Shown: piece by piece, positions 12,132 to 23,622 of the stretch
Position numbering within the stretch: position 1 is the stretch's first letter
Layout: each line of letters opens with the position of its first letter
The notes under the pieces: model-generated
Database searches by the model: none
What the model was told of the DNA's origin: nothing
What the model saw: the letters and a program-made list of their open reading frames with translations, nothing else
Position numbers and translations under genes: made by a program
DNA from: an uncultured Gemmatimonadales bacterium
GTDB taxonomy: Bacteria; Gemmatimonadota; Gemmatimonadetes; Gemmatimonadales; GWC2-71-9
Direction of reading: 5' to 3'
Length of the DNA stretch: 64,000 bases
NCBI GenBank assembly: GCA_963730185.1
Contig: CAVSQW010000015.1
Coordinates: 608,001 to 672,000, forward strand

Positions 12132-13029
12132 GGCCGGGCTGGCGGCGTCGCTGCTGAGCGAAGCGCGGACGACCACCGATCGTCACCTCACCGATCTGGC
12201 CCGGCAGCTGGAGGACGAGGTGCCCGGCCGTCTCGGCCAGGCGCTGGGCTATGCGCTGGGGACCAGCGGCAAGCGGGTCCGGCCGGCCCTGGTGTTCGCC
12301 AGCTACCGGGCCTTGGGCGGCAGCCATCCCGGGATTCATCGCCTGGCCACCGCCGTCGAGGTGATCCACACCTACTCGCTGATCCACGACGATCTTCCCT
12401 GCATGGACGACGACGACCAGCGCCGGGGCCGTCCCACGACCCACGTCGTGTACGATCCGGTCACCGCCGCCCGGGTCGGCTACCTCCTGGTGCCGGTGGC
12501 GGTCGAGGTATTGAGCACCGCGACTCGGGAGCTGGAGCTCGGGCCGGCGGTGCGGCAAGCGGTGGCCCGGGTACTGCTGGATGCCAGCGGCATCCGGGGC
12601 ATGGTAGGCGGTCAGTGGCTCGACCTCGCCGCCGAAGGACGCTCGCTCGGTCCCGACGACCTCCGGGAGATTCACCTCCGGAAGACGGCCGCGCTGATCC
12701 AGGGAGCCTGCCTGGTCGGGGGCCTCGCAGCCGGAGCGCGCGACCGGGTGCTCGACGCCCTGGGGCGGTTCGGCCTGGAGATCGGCTTGGCCTTTCAGGT
12801 GGCCGACGACGTCCTCGATGCCACCGCGACGTCGGCCCAGCTGGGTAAGACGGCCGGCCGGGACCTCTCGCTCCACAAGTCCACCTACGTCAGCGTGTAT
12901 GGCGTGGAGCGGGCCCGGGAAGAGGCACGGCAGTGCGTGGAGCGGGCCGCCGGGCATCTTGCGTCGGCCGGGATCGAATCGGCGCCGCTCCTGAGCCTGG
13001 CGCATTATATTGTGCATCGACAGTCATAA
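12124..13029 (+). CDS. ispA: Geranyl/farnesyl diphosphate synthase
   Basis: GKRVRP, HTYSLIHDDLPCMDDDDQRRG, GMVGGQ, FQVADDVLD, GKTAGRD. Confidence 0.93.
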   Translation: MAEAGLAASLLSEARTTTDRHLTDLARQLEDEVPGRLGQALGYALGTSGKRVRPALVFASYRALGGSHPGIHRLATAVEVIHTYSLIHDDLPCMDDDDQRRGRPTTHVVYDPVTAARVGYLLVPVAVEVLSTATRELELGPAVRQAVARVLLDASGIRGMVGGQWLDLAAEGRSLGPDDLREIHLRKTAALIQGACLVGGLAAGARDRVLDALGRFGLEIGLAFQVADDVLDATATSAQLGKTAGRDLSLHKSTYVSVYGVERAREEARQCVERAAGHLASAGIESAPLLSLAHYIVHRQS

Positions 13030-13038
13030 GGGCGTGCC

Positions 13039-14936
13039 ATGTCGCTACTTGCGAAGATCCAAGGCCCCGACGACCTCAAAGGTCTGTCGCGGGAACAGCT
13101 GCCCGAGCTGGCCCAGGAGATGCGCGATCGGCTCATCCAGGCCTGCTCCGTCACCGGTGGTCACATCGGGGCGAGCTTGGGCTGCGTGGAACTCGCCATC
13201 GCTCTCCTCTACGAGTTCGACTCTCCCCGGGACAAGGTGCTGTGGGACGTGGGACACCAGGCCTATGCCTGGAAGCTCCTGACCGGCCGGAACCCGGGCT
13301 TCGACACCCTCCGGCAGCAGGACGGCATGTCCGGCTTCCTCAAGCGGACCGAGAGCCCTCACGACCAGTTCGGCGCCGGCCACGCCGGGACCGCGATGTC
13401 GGCCGCCTTCGGGATGGCGACCGCCCGAGACCTCCTGGGCGAGGACTACAAGGTGGCGGCGGTCGTGGGCGACGGCGCGCTCACCTGCGGCCTCTCCTAC
13501 GAGGGGATGAACAACGCCGGGCACTCGGACCGCGACGTCATCCTGATCGTCAACGACAACGGGATGTCGATCTCGCCCAACGTCGGCGCGATCAGCAAGA
13601 CCCTGGGCCGGATCGTCGCCAACCCGCTCACCAACCGGGTCCGGGAGCACGTCAAGAACGTGACCTTCAAGTTGGGCGGGGTCTTCGGCGAGCGGGTGGT
13701 CGACTTCGCCCGGAACCTCGAGGAGAGCGTCAAGAACATGTTCTCGCAGGGCATGTTCTTCGAGGAGCTGGGCTTCCGCTACTTCGGCCCGATCGACGGC
13801 CACGATCTCGGCAAGCTCTGCGACACGCTCCGCTTCGTCCGCGGGCTGAGCGGCCCGCGGGTGATCCACGTGCTGACCAAGAAGGGGAAGGGCTTTTCGT
13901 TCGCCGAGGCCAACAAGGAGAAGTGGCACGGGCTCGCGGCCTACGACCCCGAGACCGGCGATCTCCGGAAGAAGGCGAGCGGTCCGCCCACCTGGACCCA
14001 GGTGTTCGGTAACGCGGTGGCCGATCTGGCCGAGGAGCATCGCGACTTCGTGGTGATCACGGCGGCCATGCCCTCGGGCACCGGCACCGCGATCTTCCAG
14101 AAGCGCTGGCCCGAGCGGTTCTTCGACGTCGGGATCGCCGAAGGCCACGCGGTCACCTTCGCGGGCGGGCTGGCCACCCAGGGGGTGCGGCCGGTCTGCG
14201 CCATCTACAGCACCTTCCTCCAGCGGGCCTACGACAACATCATCCACGACGTGGCGGTCCAGCACCTTCCGGTGGTGTTCTGCATGGACCGGGCTGGGCT
14301 GGTGGGTGAGGATGGTCAGACCCACATGGGCCTCTACGACATCGCCTACATGCTGGCGGTGCCCGAGATGGTGGTGACGGCGCCCAAGGACGGCGACGAG
14401 CTGATCGGCTTGCTCAAGACGGCCTTCCGCCATCACACGGTCCATTCTGCACCCGCTACCCGCGCGACAAGGCCCCCGCCGATCCGCGCCCCGTGGCCGA
14501 GGTGCCGCCGATCGAGCTCGGCACCTGGGAGCACCTCCGTCACGGCAAGGACCTGACCCTCCTGGCGGTCGGCACGATGGTGCTGCCCGCCCTGGCGGCG
14601 GCCGAGCGGCTCGCGAAGGACGGGCTCGAGGCCGGGGTGGTGAACTGCCGGTTCCTCAAGCCGTACGATCGGGCGATGCTCGATCGGATCGTGTCGGAGT
14701 GTCGGGTGCTGGTGACGGTCGAGGAAGGCACCATCGTCAACGGCTTCGGCGCCTACCTGAGCCGGGAGCTGGCGGAGTCGAACCCGGAGGCGCGGGTCCA
14801 TACCATCGGTGTGCCCGATCGCTTCATGGAGCAGGCGCCCCGGGCGGTGCAGCTGGCCCGGATGGGGCTCGACGCGGAAGGCATCGCCGGCACGGTCCTG
14901 GCCTACCACCACGAGGGAACACTCGAGGCGCGATGA
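13039..14936 (+). CDS. dxs: 1-deoxy-D-xylulose-5-phosphate synthase, with one apparent 1-nt deletion near 14437
   Basis: GGHIGASLG, WDVGHQ, GDGALT..E..N, DVGIAEGHAV, DRAGLVGEDG; continues in another frame as GPFCTRYPRD...RFLKPYD...VTVEEG. Confidence 0.93.
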
Positions 14937-15804
14937 ACATAGGGGTCGTCGGGAATCCGCGTCACGGCGGACTCGCGGCCATCCTCAAGGGGGTGGCCGC
15001 TCGCGCGAAAGGCCTCGGGCTCGAGCTGTTCACCGAGCCCGAGCTGGCCCCCCTCTGGCCGAGGACCGTCCCGCCGATCGGAATCGCCTCGCTCGACGCC
15101 CTGGTGACGCTGGGCGGCGACGGCACCCTGCTCCGTGGGGCCCGCCTCCTCGCCAACCAGGAAGTCCCCATCCTCGGCATCAACTTCGGCAAGGTCGGCT
15201 TCCTCACCACCACGACCGGACCCGCAGCTCGACCACGCCCTGGACCGGCTCGCCAAGCGCGACTTCGTGGTCGAGCCGCGGCGGACCCTGGAGAGCCACA
15301 TCGTCGGCGCCGATCGAGCGCCCTTCGTGCTGCCCGGGCCCTCAACGACGTGACCATCCACAAGGGCGGCGTGGCCCGGCTGATCCGGCTGGACGTGCAG
15401 GTGGACGGCCAGAACGCCGGCCCCTACAGCGCCGACGGCCTGATCATCGCGACCCCGACCGGCTCGACCGCGTATTCCCTGAGTGCCGGCGGGCCGATCA
15501 TCGTGCCGGGCGTCGAGGCGCTGGTCATCACCCCGATCTGCGCCCACACCCTCGCGGTCCGGCCGCTGGTCCTCCCGTCGGGCTCCAAGATCGCGGTGGC
15601 GCCGGTCCGGGGCTGGTCGGAGGACCTGCTGGTCTCGGTCGACGGCCAGCAGGCGATGACCCTCGGCCCCGACGACCGGCTCGAGCTCCGGAAGGGCCGC
15701 CACAAGGTTCTCCTGGTCCGGCTCGAGGCCAAGAGCTACTTCGCCCGGATCCGGGAAAGCCTTCGGTGGGGCGACCTCTCCGAACGGGAGCGCGAATCGC
15801 AGCC

Positions 15805-15808
<4 letters not shown>
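14933..15808 (+). CDS. nadK: NAD kinase, with two compensating frameshifts (~15215 and ~15335)
   Basis: LGGDGTLL, GINFGKVGFL, ALND, ADGLIIATPTGSTAYSLSAGG; the middle segment reads sensibly only in another frame (QLDHALDRLAKRDFVVEPRRTL). Confidence 0.92.
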
Positions 15809-17480
<1,672 letters not shown>

Positions 17481-17499
17481 GGTCGGGGCCCGAGTTCCC

Positions 17500-18048
17500 C
17501 TAGTTCGCCCCGCCCAACGCGAAGGTCACGCCCAGGTTGACGGTCGCGGCGCCCGCCCCGACGTCACCGTAGAGCGCCAGCCCCGACTTCAGGAAGTAGC
17601 GGAGCCCGGCCCGCCCGATGAAGTAGAGCGAGCTGCCCGAGGCCCCGATCCCGCCGTACGAGCTGTGGGCGATCGAGTACCCGAGCCCGGCGCCGATGAA
17701 CGGATCGAAGCGCTTGTCGTTGGTCTTGACGTGGTAGTTCGCCGTGGCCCCGATCGGGACGTACGTGAAGCCGTAGCCCGTGCCGGCGAAGCTGGCCGAG
17801 TAGTGGTAGTAGTTGATGCCAATCTCGATCCCGATCACGCCGTCCGCCAGGCTGGGCACCCGTTTGATCGCTCGCTCGAACCGCGCCCCGAACGACAGGC
17901 CGGCGTCGCCGACGTTGCCAAGGCCGACCACTGGGCCGAGGTCCGTATATCCTTCGCCAAAGCCGCGCACGCTCTGCGCGGCGCCGGGCTGGGCCGAGAG
18001 TGCGGCCAGCGCGGCCAGGGTAAGCAGCACGAATGCGGGGTGACGCAT
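17500..18048 (-). CDS. Small outer-membrane beta-barrel protein
   Basis: Signal peptide (MRHPAFVLLTLAALAALSAQPGAAQ), alternating aromatic/Gly strands, DPFIGAGLGY; GGAGG RBS. Confidence 0.8.
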   Translation of the reverse strand: MRHPAFVLLTLAALAALSAQPGAAQSVRGFGEGYTDLGPVVGLGNVGDAGLSFGARFERAIKRVPSLADGVIGIEIGINYYHYSASFAGTGYGFTYVPIGATANYHVKTNDKRFDPFIGAGLGYSIAHSSYGGIGASGSSLYFIGRAGLRYFLKSGLALYGDVGAGAATVNLGVTFALGGAN

Positions 18049-18144
18049 GAAGTTGCCTCCGTCCAGTGCGGATAGTGGGGTGAGGTCCGTCACTCCCCTA
18101 TTACGGAAACGGGAGCAAAAAACCGTCACTGGACGGCCGGTGGC

Positions 18145-19689
18145 CTATTGCCAGATCCGGGTGTAGAAGTGCAGGCTCAGCTGGACCTGATTGGCGTCGG
18201 GCATGAGCCCGGTGCTGGAGCGGACGATCCGCTGATAACGGATGCTCGCCTCCATCGGCCGCTTCTGGCGGCCTCGCTTGTCGACGCCGCTGTGGGCGTA
18301 CGAGACGGCCCCGCCGAGGAGGAAGGCCTGCTGGCGCGAGCCCTCAGCTAGAACCCCGACGTCCACTCCGGGAATCGGCGCCTGTCCGGCGGCGTAGCTG
18401 TAGGTGTCGAGCCCTTTGCGGTAGTACTGCACCGCGCCCCCCAGCGAGAGATAGGGCGCCAGCCGGAAGAAGGGCTGGGCCGCGATCCACCACTCGTCGC
18501 CCGGATCGCGCCGGAGCCCGGCGAAGGTCGCCGCCGCCGGGAATGGCACCGTCGGCGAGGCCACCCGCCGGTTCTGGTTGCCGGGTAGCTGGAGGTTGTA
18601 GCCGGCCTCGATCCGAGTGCCGAATCGTCCCCGGGCCACGTCCGTGATCACGTCCACCTGCAGGTCGGGCTGCCCATCGCCGGTGCCGACGTCGAGCAGG
18701 CGGTTCGGGTTCGGAAGCTTGCCGGTCCGGAGCCGGGCCGTGCCCCGGATCACGGTCCGCATGCCGGAGCCGTAGTCGCTGGCGGGAAAGCGATCCACCA
18801 CCGCCCAGGCGGCGCCCAGCTCGATGTCGCCGATGTAGGTCAGGATGGGGAGCTCGTCCAGCGGCCGGATCGCCACCGGGCCGGTCGGGTCGGTCAGGAA
18901 AGCGTTGAACTCGTCGGCCGAGAGCCCGGCGGTCGGGAGCGCCACGCCGGCGGTGACGCTGGTGATCCCGAAGGCCGACAGCGATTGGCTGAAGTTGGAG
19001 ACCGCCGCCGCCGTTGCCTGGCCCGCGGTGGAGGAGGCGAGCGGCGCGAACGGGGTGTTCGGGTCGCCGCCCAGCAGGGTGCCCAGGTTGGACTGGAGCG
19101 AGATACCCTGGGCCAGGAGCTGTTGTGCCTGGGCCTTCCGGGCCGGGTCGCCATCCAGGGCGCCGCTGGTGATCTGCTGGTCGAGGTCGCCGAGGGCGCT
19201 CCCCAGCTGGCCGATCAGGAGGCCGTTTGCGCCGGCCACCGCCAGGCCGACGGTGGCGGTGGTGCCGTCGTACCCGAAGCTGGGCCGGACCTGCGCCTGC
19301 ACGAACGGCACTCGGCCGAACAGCGTGAGCCGGCGGGTGAGTCCCAGCGAGCCGCCGAACCCGATCGTTCCCAGGTTCACGAGCGCGCTGCCATGGGTGC
19401 TCCCAGCCGAGAGATCGACATTCGGCGTGCCGATGATCCGAGCCACCAGCGAATCGGCCGACTCGACCCCGGGCAGGAGACCCGCGCCCAGCCTGGGCTG
19501 GTCGAAGCGTCTGGCCCAGTCTTCCCGCGACCCGTCGTGCCAGCGCCAGTCCCAGCTCTTGAACTCGCCGTCGAAGTCGAAGCGGAGCATCCCTTTGGGG
19601 ACCGTGACCGGGACGACCTGCGCGGCGGCCGGGCCGGCGGCGAGGGCCAGGGCCAGGACGGCCGGAGCGAGGAGGCGGCGGGGGATCAT
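18145..19689 (-). CDS. Secreted hypothetical protein, probably an outer-membrane barrel with a helical insertion
   Basis: Signal peptide ending AAA-Q; beta-strand-like termini ending LSLHFYTRIWQ; strong GC3 codon bias. Confidence 0.7.
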   Translation of the reverse strand: MIPRRLLAPAVLALALAAGPAAAQVVPVTVPKGMLRFDFDGEFKSWDWRWHDGSREDWARRFDQPRLGAGLLPGVESADSLVARIIGTPNVDLSAGSTHGSALVNLGTIGFGGSLGLTRRLTLFGRVPFVQAQVRPSFGYDGTTATVGLAVAGANGLLIGQLGSALGDLDQQITSGALDGDPARKAQAQQLLAQGISLQSNLGTLLGGDPNTPFAPLASSTAGQATAAAVSNFSQSLSAFGITSVTAGVALPTAGLSADEFNAFLTDPTGPVAIRPLDELPILTYIGDIELGAAWAVVDRFPASDYGSGMRTVIRGTARLRTGKLPNPNRLLDVGTGDGQPDLQVDVITDVARGRFGTRIEAGYNLQLPGNQNRRVASPTVPFPAAATFAGLRRDPGDEWWIAAQPFFRLAPYLSLGGAVQYYRKGLDTYSYAAGQAPIPGVDVGVLAEGSRQQAFLLGGAVSYAHSGVDKRGRQKRPMEASIRYQRIVRSSTGLMPDANQVQLSLHFYTRIWQ

Positions 19690-19751
19690 TGGGGTAGGAA
19701 AGTGTCCGGGCGGCGGTCGGGATTCCAGCCCCGGCGCTATGATTCGAGATC

Positions 19752-20750
19752 ATGTCGAGTGTCGTTGGACGGGGTCGACGGATCAGGACCCTGGCTCTTG
19801 CCTTGGCGGTGCCGCTCCTGGTCGGTGCCTGCGCCCGCGGTGCGGCCCGACTTCGGCCCGCCCCGCTCGGCGCCCAAGCCGTCTCGTTCCTCGGCGACAC
19901 CCTCTGGTCGGTCCCGATGTCCATCGACGAGGCCCAGACCCACCTCGACGCGCTGACCGACGCCCGTCGGCGGGCGGGGCGGGGCGGGAGCGTGGCCGAC
20001 CGGCTGCTGGTGGCCCGGCGGACGGCCGAGATGGGCCGGCTCCGCGAGGCCTTCGACCTCTATACCGCCGTGCTCCAGAGCGACCCGGAGTCCTATCGGG
20101 CCCGCCGCCGACAGGGTGAGATCCACCTGTTGCTTCGGGAGCCGGGGCGGGCCGCGGCCGACTTCCGTGAGGTCATGGCCAGCACCGAGAGGCACCCCGA
20201 GTTCAAGGAGTTCACCGAGGCACCCGGGGGTGCCGGCCTGGTCGGCACCGGGATCTACTTCTCGAGCACGCTCATGCTCGGGATCGCCACCTACGTCCAG
20301 GGCCACTTCGACCAGGCCGCGGGCATCCTCCGTGACGCCGTCACCCGGGCCGGCGACGCCGACGAAGTCAGCTCCGCCGCGCTCTGGCTCTACCTGGCCC
20401 TGCGGCGGGCCGGCCGGACCCGGGAGGCCCGGGAGGTGATCCACGCGCTGTCGCCGGGCCTCCCGGTGCTCCGCCGCGGGCCCGAGCTTCGGCTCCTCCT
20501 CTTCTTCAAGGGGGCGATCGGCCTCGATTCCCTGCGCCGGGTCTCCACCCTGAACCCTGGCCAGGAAGAGGAACAGCTCGATCTCTATGGGCTTGGGGTG
20601 CTGCTGTTGGCGGAGGGGCGGACGGCGGAGGCGAGGGACGTCCTGGGCCAGGTGCGGTCGGTGGGGAACTGGGCGACGCTCCCGTATCTGGCGGCCGAGG
20701 CCGACCTGGCTCGGCTGAATCGGAAGGGAGGGAAGCGGGCCGGCCGCTGA
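19752..20750 (+). CDS. TPR-repeat lipoprotein (NlpI-like)
   Basis: Lipobox LVGAC; TPR-like helices; ALWLYLAL, YGLG..LL.EG, YLAAEADLARL. Confidence 0.7.
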   Translation: MSSVVGRGRRIRTLALALAVPLLVGACARGAARLRPAPLGAQAVSFLGDTLWSVPMSIDEAQTHLDALTDARRRAGRGGSVADRLLVARRTAEMGRLREAFDLYTAVLQSDPESYRARRRQGEIHLLLREPGRAAADFREVMASTERHPEFKEFTEAPGGAGLVGTGIYFSSTLMLGIATYVQGHFDQAAGILRDAVTRAGDADEVSSAALWLYLALRRAGRTREAREVIHALSPGLPVLRRGPELRLLLFFKGAIGLDSLRRVSTLNPGQEEEQLDLYGLGVLLLAEGRTAEARDVLGQVRSVGNWATLPYLAAEADLARLNRKGGKRAGR

Positions 20751-20887
20751 ACGTCACTTTTCCATGCGGCCGCCCCCGAAGTCGCGCCATGCGATCCAGG
20801 CGCACCTCTACGCTCTGGCATGACCGGGTGGGGGCCAGGGGGCCGGGCATCGGGCCGGGGCGGGGGGTATCTTGGGGGAGTCGTGCC

Positions 20888-20971
20888 GCTCGGGTGGCGA
20901 AACTGGTAGACGCAAGGGACTTAAAATCCCTTGGGGGCAACCCCGTCCGGGTTCGAGTCCCGGCCCGAGCA
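20888..20971 (+). tRNA. tRNA-Leu (anticodon TAA); CCA not encoded
   Basis: Acceptor GCTCGGG/CCCGAGC-A, D arm TGGCGAAACTGGTAGACGC, anticodon arm AGGGA-CTTAAAA-TCCCT, long variable arm, T loop GGTTCGAGTCC. Confidence 0.96.
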
Positions 20972-21054
20972 TCTCCAACGTTCAAGACGAGTTAGACCGT
21001 GCCTCCCGGCGCTCTTCGAGACGGCGGCTTGCCGGTCGTCGACTGGGGTGGAAC

Positions 21055-21321
21055 CTAGGCGGGAATCCGGCGCCGGCTTGCCTGGAGCTCCAAGTAGCGA
21101 TGGAGCGCAAGGCGGAGGCGGGCTTCGGTCAGGCCTTCGACCTCGTCCCGCCAGACGGGGCCCCTCACCCGGTCTCCTGTCTCGCAACACTCCAACACCC
21201 AACTGGGGGCGGGCGTCAGGTCGGGGACGTACTGGCCCGGGAGCGTAATCGGATGCGGCTCGAACGTCGCCCGCCAGCGATGACCTGCCTCATGGAACTC
21301 CAACCGCCGTGGGAACCGCAT
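21055..21321 (-). CDS. Small hypothetical protein (88 aa)
   Basis: GAGGAG RBS before ATG 21321; MRFPRRLEFHEAGHRWRATFEP...WVLECCETGDRVRG...LTEARLRLAL. Confidence 0.6.
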   Translation of the reverse strand: MRFPRRLEFHEAGHRWRATFEPHPITLPGQYVPDLTPAPSWVLECCETGDRVRGPVWRDEVEGLTEARLRLALHRYLELQASRRRIPA

Positions 21322-21552
21322 CGTCTCCTCCCGCTGGCATGGGGCCACGTCATGGGCCTCGATCGCCCAGCCATGCCCTGTGCCGGTTCCGGACCGACCG
21401 AACCTGTCTGTAGAAGGGAGCATCGGCCGGGCCCATAAGAATTGCGTGAAGCTGGGGCGAAGGGGCCTTCCGGGGGAAGCGAACCCGGGAGGTCGGCCTC
21501 GGGCAGGCCGTCCCAGGTGAGGGTGCCGAGATGGAGGAAGACCGTCACCGGC

Positions 21553-21837
21553 TCACACCGGCTTTACCCCACCGCCCGTCGCTGGCTCGTCGCCCCGCCG
21601 CTCGACCACCAGGGTGTAGTGCGACGCCAACGCCGCGATCGAGCCGAGCGCCACCCAGAGCGGCAGCAGGACCGCGCCCATCACGCCCACGGTGAGCGGG
21701 ATCTCGACGATGGTGTGCCCCTCGTCGTTCTTGATGATGATCCGCCGGATGTTGCCCTCGCGGACCAGCTCCTTGACCCGCGCGACCAGCCCTTCGCCCG
21801 CGACCCGGTGCTCCTCGGTCCTCGTCTGCTCCGCCAT
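21553..21837 (-). CDS. DUF4342 domain protein
   Basis: LVARVKELVREGNIRRIIIK...VEIPLTVGV.GA.L.P..VALG.IAAL....TLVVER. Confidence 0.85.
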   Translation of the reverse strand: MAEQTRTEEHRVAGEGLVARVKELVREGNIRRIIIKNDEGHTIVEIPLTVGVMGAVLLPLWVALGSIAALASHYTLVVERRGDEPATGGGVKPV

Positions 21838-21865
21838 GATGCCCGCCTGTTGGATGACGAGGAAA

Positions 21866-22006
21866 GATAGTGACTGGTGACTAGGGAGTGGTGAATAGGG
21901 AGGGACTGGTGAGTGGGCGGTAGGGGCTCCGTGGGAGGTCGGGGGCCCCTAATCACCACTCCCTACTCCCTCCCTATTCACCAATCCCTAGTCACCAGTC
22001 ACTATC
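21866..22006. repeat. 141-bp palindromic element with 40-bp inverted arms (39/40 match) made of heptamer units; REP/MITE-like
   Basis: 21866-21905 gatagtgactggtgactagggagtggtgaatagggaggga versus 21967-22006 tccctccctattcaccaatccctagtcaccagtcactatc; inner taggggctcc/ggggccccta stem. Confidence 0.92.
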
Positions 22007-23577
22007 GCCGTTCTCGGCGGCGGCTTCTTCACCAAGCCGAGCAGCGGCATCGAGCCGACCAGCACGATGCCGCTCAGAAGGAAGATCTTGTCGAAGGCGA
22101 TCATGCTGGCCTGGGCGGTGATCTCGCCGGAAAGGATGGCCAGGCCCTGCTGGTGGGCCGCGACGGGATCGACTCCCCGGGCGATCAAACCGTGGGCGAT
22201 CCGGGTCAGGCGTTCGGCCCCGACCGAGCCGTAGGCCGCCATGTGCCCGCGGAGGACCTGGGTGGCCTGGTCGGTATAGCGGGTCAGGAGGGTCGCGATC
22301 GCCGCGATGCCGAACGAGCCGCCGATCTGCCGGAAGAAGTTGAAGAGCCCGGTGCCCTGCGCCAGCTCCGAGCGGTCCAGGTCGGCCAGGGCGAGGTTGG
22401 TGAGCGGCACGAACACCAGCCCCAGGCCCAGGCCGCGGTAGATCAGCGGGAGGTAGAGATCCTCGTTGCCGCTCTGGGTGGTCAGGTGGCCGAGCTGCCA
22501 CATCGAGATCCCGAACAGCACCGAGCCGATCACGATCAGCCACCGCGGGTCGGTGGTGTTGCTCACCCGGCCCACGAAGAACATCGAGACCGCCGTCGCG
22601 ATCGCCCCCGGAAGGATGATCATCCCGGTCTGAAACGCGGTCTTGTGGAGGAGCCCCTGGAGGAAGAGCGGCAGCACGAACACCGAGCCGTAGAGGGCCA
22701 CCCCGATCAGGATCCCGATCACCGTCCCCACCCACATCGGTCGGTGCCGGAGCACCCGGAAGTCGATCGCCGGGTTCCGGGTGGCGAACTCCCGCCAGAC
22801 CAGCAGCAGCCCGGTCGCCACCCCGACCACCGTGAGGGTGGTGATCAGCCGCGAGTTGAACCAGTCCTCCCGCTGGCCGTGCTCGATCATGTACTGGAGA
22901 CAGCCCACGCTCACGATCAGGAGCAGGATGCCGAGCGCGTCCACCGAGCGGTCGCGGAGCCGGGGCGCCCGGTCATGCACGTAGGCCAGCACCAGGAAGG
23001 CGCTCAACAGCCCGATCGGCAGGTTGATGTAGAAGATCCAGGGCCAGGAGTAGTTGTCGGTGATCCAGCCGCCTAACGTCGGGCCGATGGTCGGGCCCAC
23101 CATGACGCCCACGCCCCACAGGGCGATCGCCTTGCCGGCCTCGTCGCGCGGGAAGGCCTCGTAGATGATGGCCTGCGAGGTGGAGAGCAGGGCTCCGCCT
23201 CCGATCCCCTGGATGACCCGCCAGAAGACCAGGCTGTCGAGCGAGCGCGAGGCCCCGCAGAAGAACGACGAGGCCGTGAAGATCAGAATCGAGCTGGCGA
23301 AGTAGCGCCGCCGGCCGAAGAAGGCCGCCAGCCAGCCGGTGAGCGGAATGACGATGACGCTGGCCAGGATGTAGCCGGTGGAGACCCAGGCGATCTCGTC
23401 GATCGTCGCGCCCAGGGACCCCATCATGTGGGGGATCGCGACGTTGACGATCGAGGTGTCGATGACCTGGAGGACCGACGCCAGGACCACGGCGAGCGCG
23501 ATCATGTACCGATGCGGCTCGCCCCGGTCCTGGAGCCGAGCGGCGTCGGCGGTGGGGGCGTCGGCGGTGGCCGTCAC
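21988..23577 (-). CDS. DHA2-family (EmrB/QacA) MFS efflux transporter
   Basis: IDTSIVNVAIP, WVSTGYILA, RVIQGIGGG, GPTIGPTLGGWITDNYSWPWIFYINLPIG. Confidence 0.93.
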   Translation of the reverse strand: MTATADAPTADAARLQDRGEPHRYMIALAVVLASVLQVIDTSIVNVAIPHMMGSLGATIDEIAWVSTGYILASVIVIPLTGWLAAFFGRRRYFASSILIFTASSFFCGASRSLDSLVFWRVIQGIGGGALLSTSQAIIYEAFPRDEAGKAIALWGVGVMVGPTIGPTLGGWITDNYSWPWIFYINLPIGLLSAFLVLAYVHDRAPRLRDRSVDALGILLLIVSVGCLQYMIEHGQREDWFNSRLITTLTVVGVATGLLLVWREFATRNPAIDFRVLRHRPMWVGTVIGILIGVALYGSVFVLPLFLQGLLHKTAFQTGMIILPGAIATAVSMFFVGRVSNTTDPRWLIVIGSVLFGISMWQLGHLTTQSGNEDLYLPLIYRGLGLGLVFVPLTNLALADLDRSELAQGTGLFNFFRQIGGSFGIAAIATLLTRYTDQATQVLRGHMAAYGSVGAERLTRIAHGLIARGVDPVAAHQQGLAILSGEITAQASMIAFDKIFLLSGIVLVGSMPLLGLVKKPPPRTAIVTGD

Positions 23578-23589
23578 CCGCGAATCCTA

Positions 23590-23609
23590 CGTTCAGTCTG
23601 GACTGAACG
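23590..23609. promoter_or_regulatory. Perfect palindrome just upstream of the MFS start; candidate repressor operator
   Basis: CGTTCAGTC-TG-GACTGAACG, 12 nt upstream of the GTG. Confidence 0.6.
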
Positions 23610-23622
23610 AAACCCCCGCTCC

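Noticed and set aside
20757..20823. Short frame FSMRPPPKSRHAIQAHLYALA, faintly like an S9 peptidase C-terminus
   Set aside because: Too short and too weak to support without a database search
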